NCBI RefSeq assembly: GCF_009914755.1 | Contig: NC_060931.1 | From: the human T2T-CHM13v2.0 reference genome, Homo sapiens | Strand: one strand, 5' to 3' | Length of the DNA stretch: 64,000 bases | Shown: in pieces, positions 63,677 to 64,000 of the stretch | Numbering within the stretch: the first letter of the stretch is position 1 | Layout: each line of letters opens with the position of its first letter | The notes under the pieces: generated by a model | What the model was told of the DNA's origin: nothing | What the model saw: only the letters and a program-made list of their open reading frames with translations | The model's database searches: none | Position numbers and translations under genes: made by a program

Positions 63677-64000
63677 AAAAAATTATTTTTTTTAATTCCT
63701 GGGAAGTGTGTTATACATGACATTGTTCAACATTTGCCATGTCTAGAAGATCATAGGAAACAGAGCCTCACCTCATGCCCACAGGATGCTGTAAAGATGG
63801 GCCCAGCGACTACAGCCACCTCGGCTCTTGGTGAAGCTTCCCCTGAGATGATTTTCCAAGACAAATATCTCAGACTTGGGGAACTGAATTATTGAGAGAT
63901 ATTGTCTTCTAAGTTTCTAAAAAGGCCAACCTCTGTGGGTGGTGGTTGGGAATTTTCTTGAATGATGTGGACGCTCCCAGCTGTCCGTCAGGCCAGAAGG

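Overview
Human (primate) genomic DNA. An AluYb8-type element near 63.4-63.7 kb points to Homo sapiens. The window holds the 5' end of ATXN7L1 (ataxin-7-like 1, SAGA deubiquitination-module subunit family) on the minus strand: a CpG-island promoter (~54.96-56.4 kb), coding exon 1 (55228-55408), a 497-nt intron 1, coding exon 2 (54662-54730, 69 nt), and then a very large intron 2 that fills positions 1-54661 with no further recognisable exon. The rest is mostly interspersed repeats: more than 20 Alus, old L1/L2/MIR, MaLR LTRs, and Tigger/hAT MITEs. Most ORFs in the supplied track are Alu-derived, L1-derived or GC-rich chance ORFs. The most interesting signal is at the ATXN7L1 start. An out-of-frame AUG 19 nt upstream of the annotated start encodes MSERSEDDV..., which matches the N-terminus of the paralog ATXN7 (MSERAADDV..., recalled from memory). 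It opens an 86-codon overlapping ORF that splices into exon 2. This suggests the ancestral start survives as a frame-shifted uORF, inside a three-AUG leaky-scanning cassette that also contains a 14-bp palindrome. Repeat subfamily names are assigned by eye from remembered consensus sequences, and repeat boundaries are approximate.
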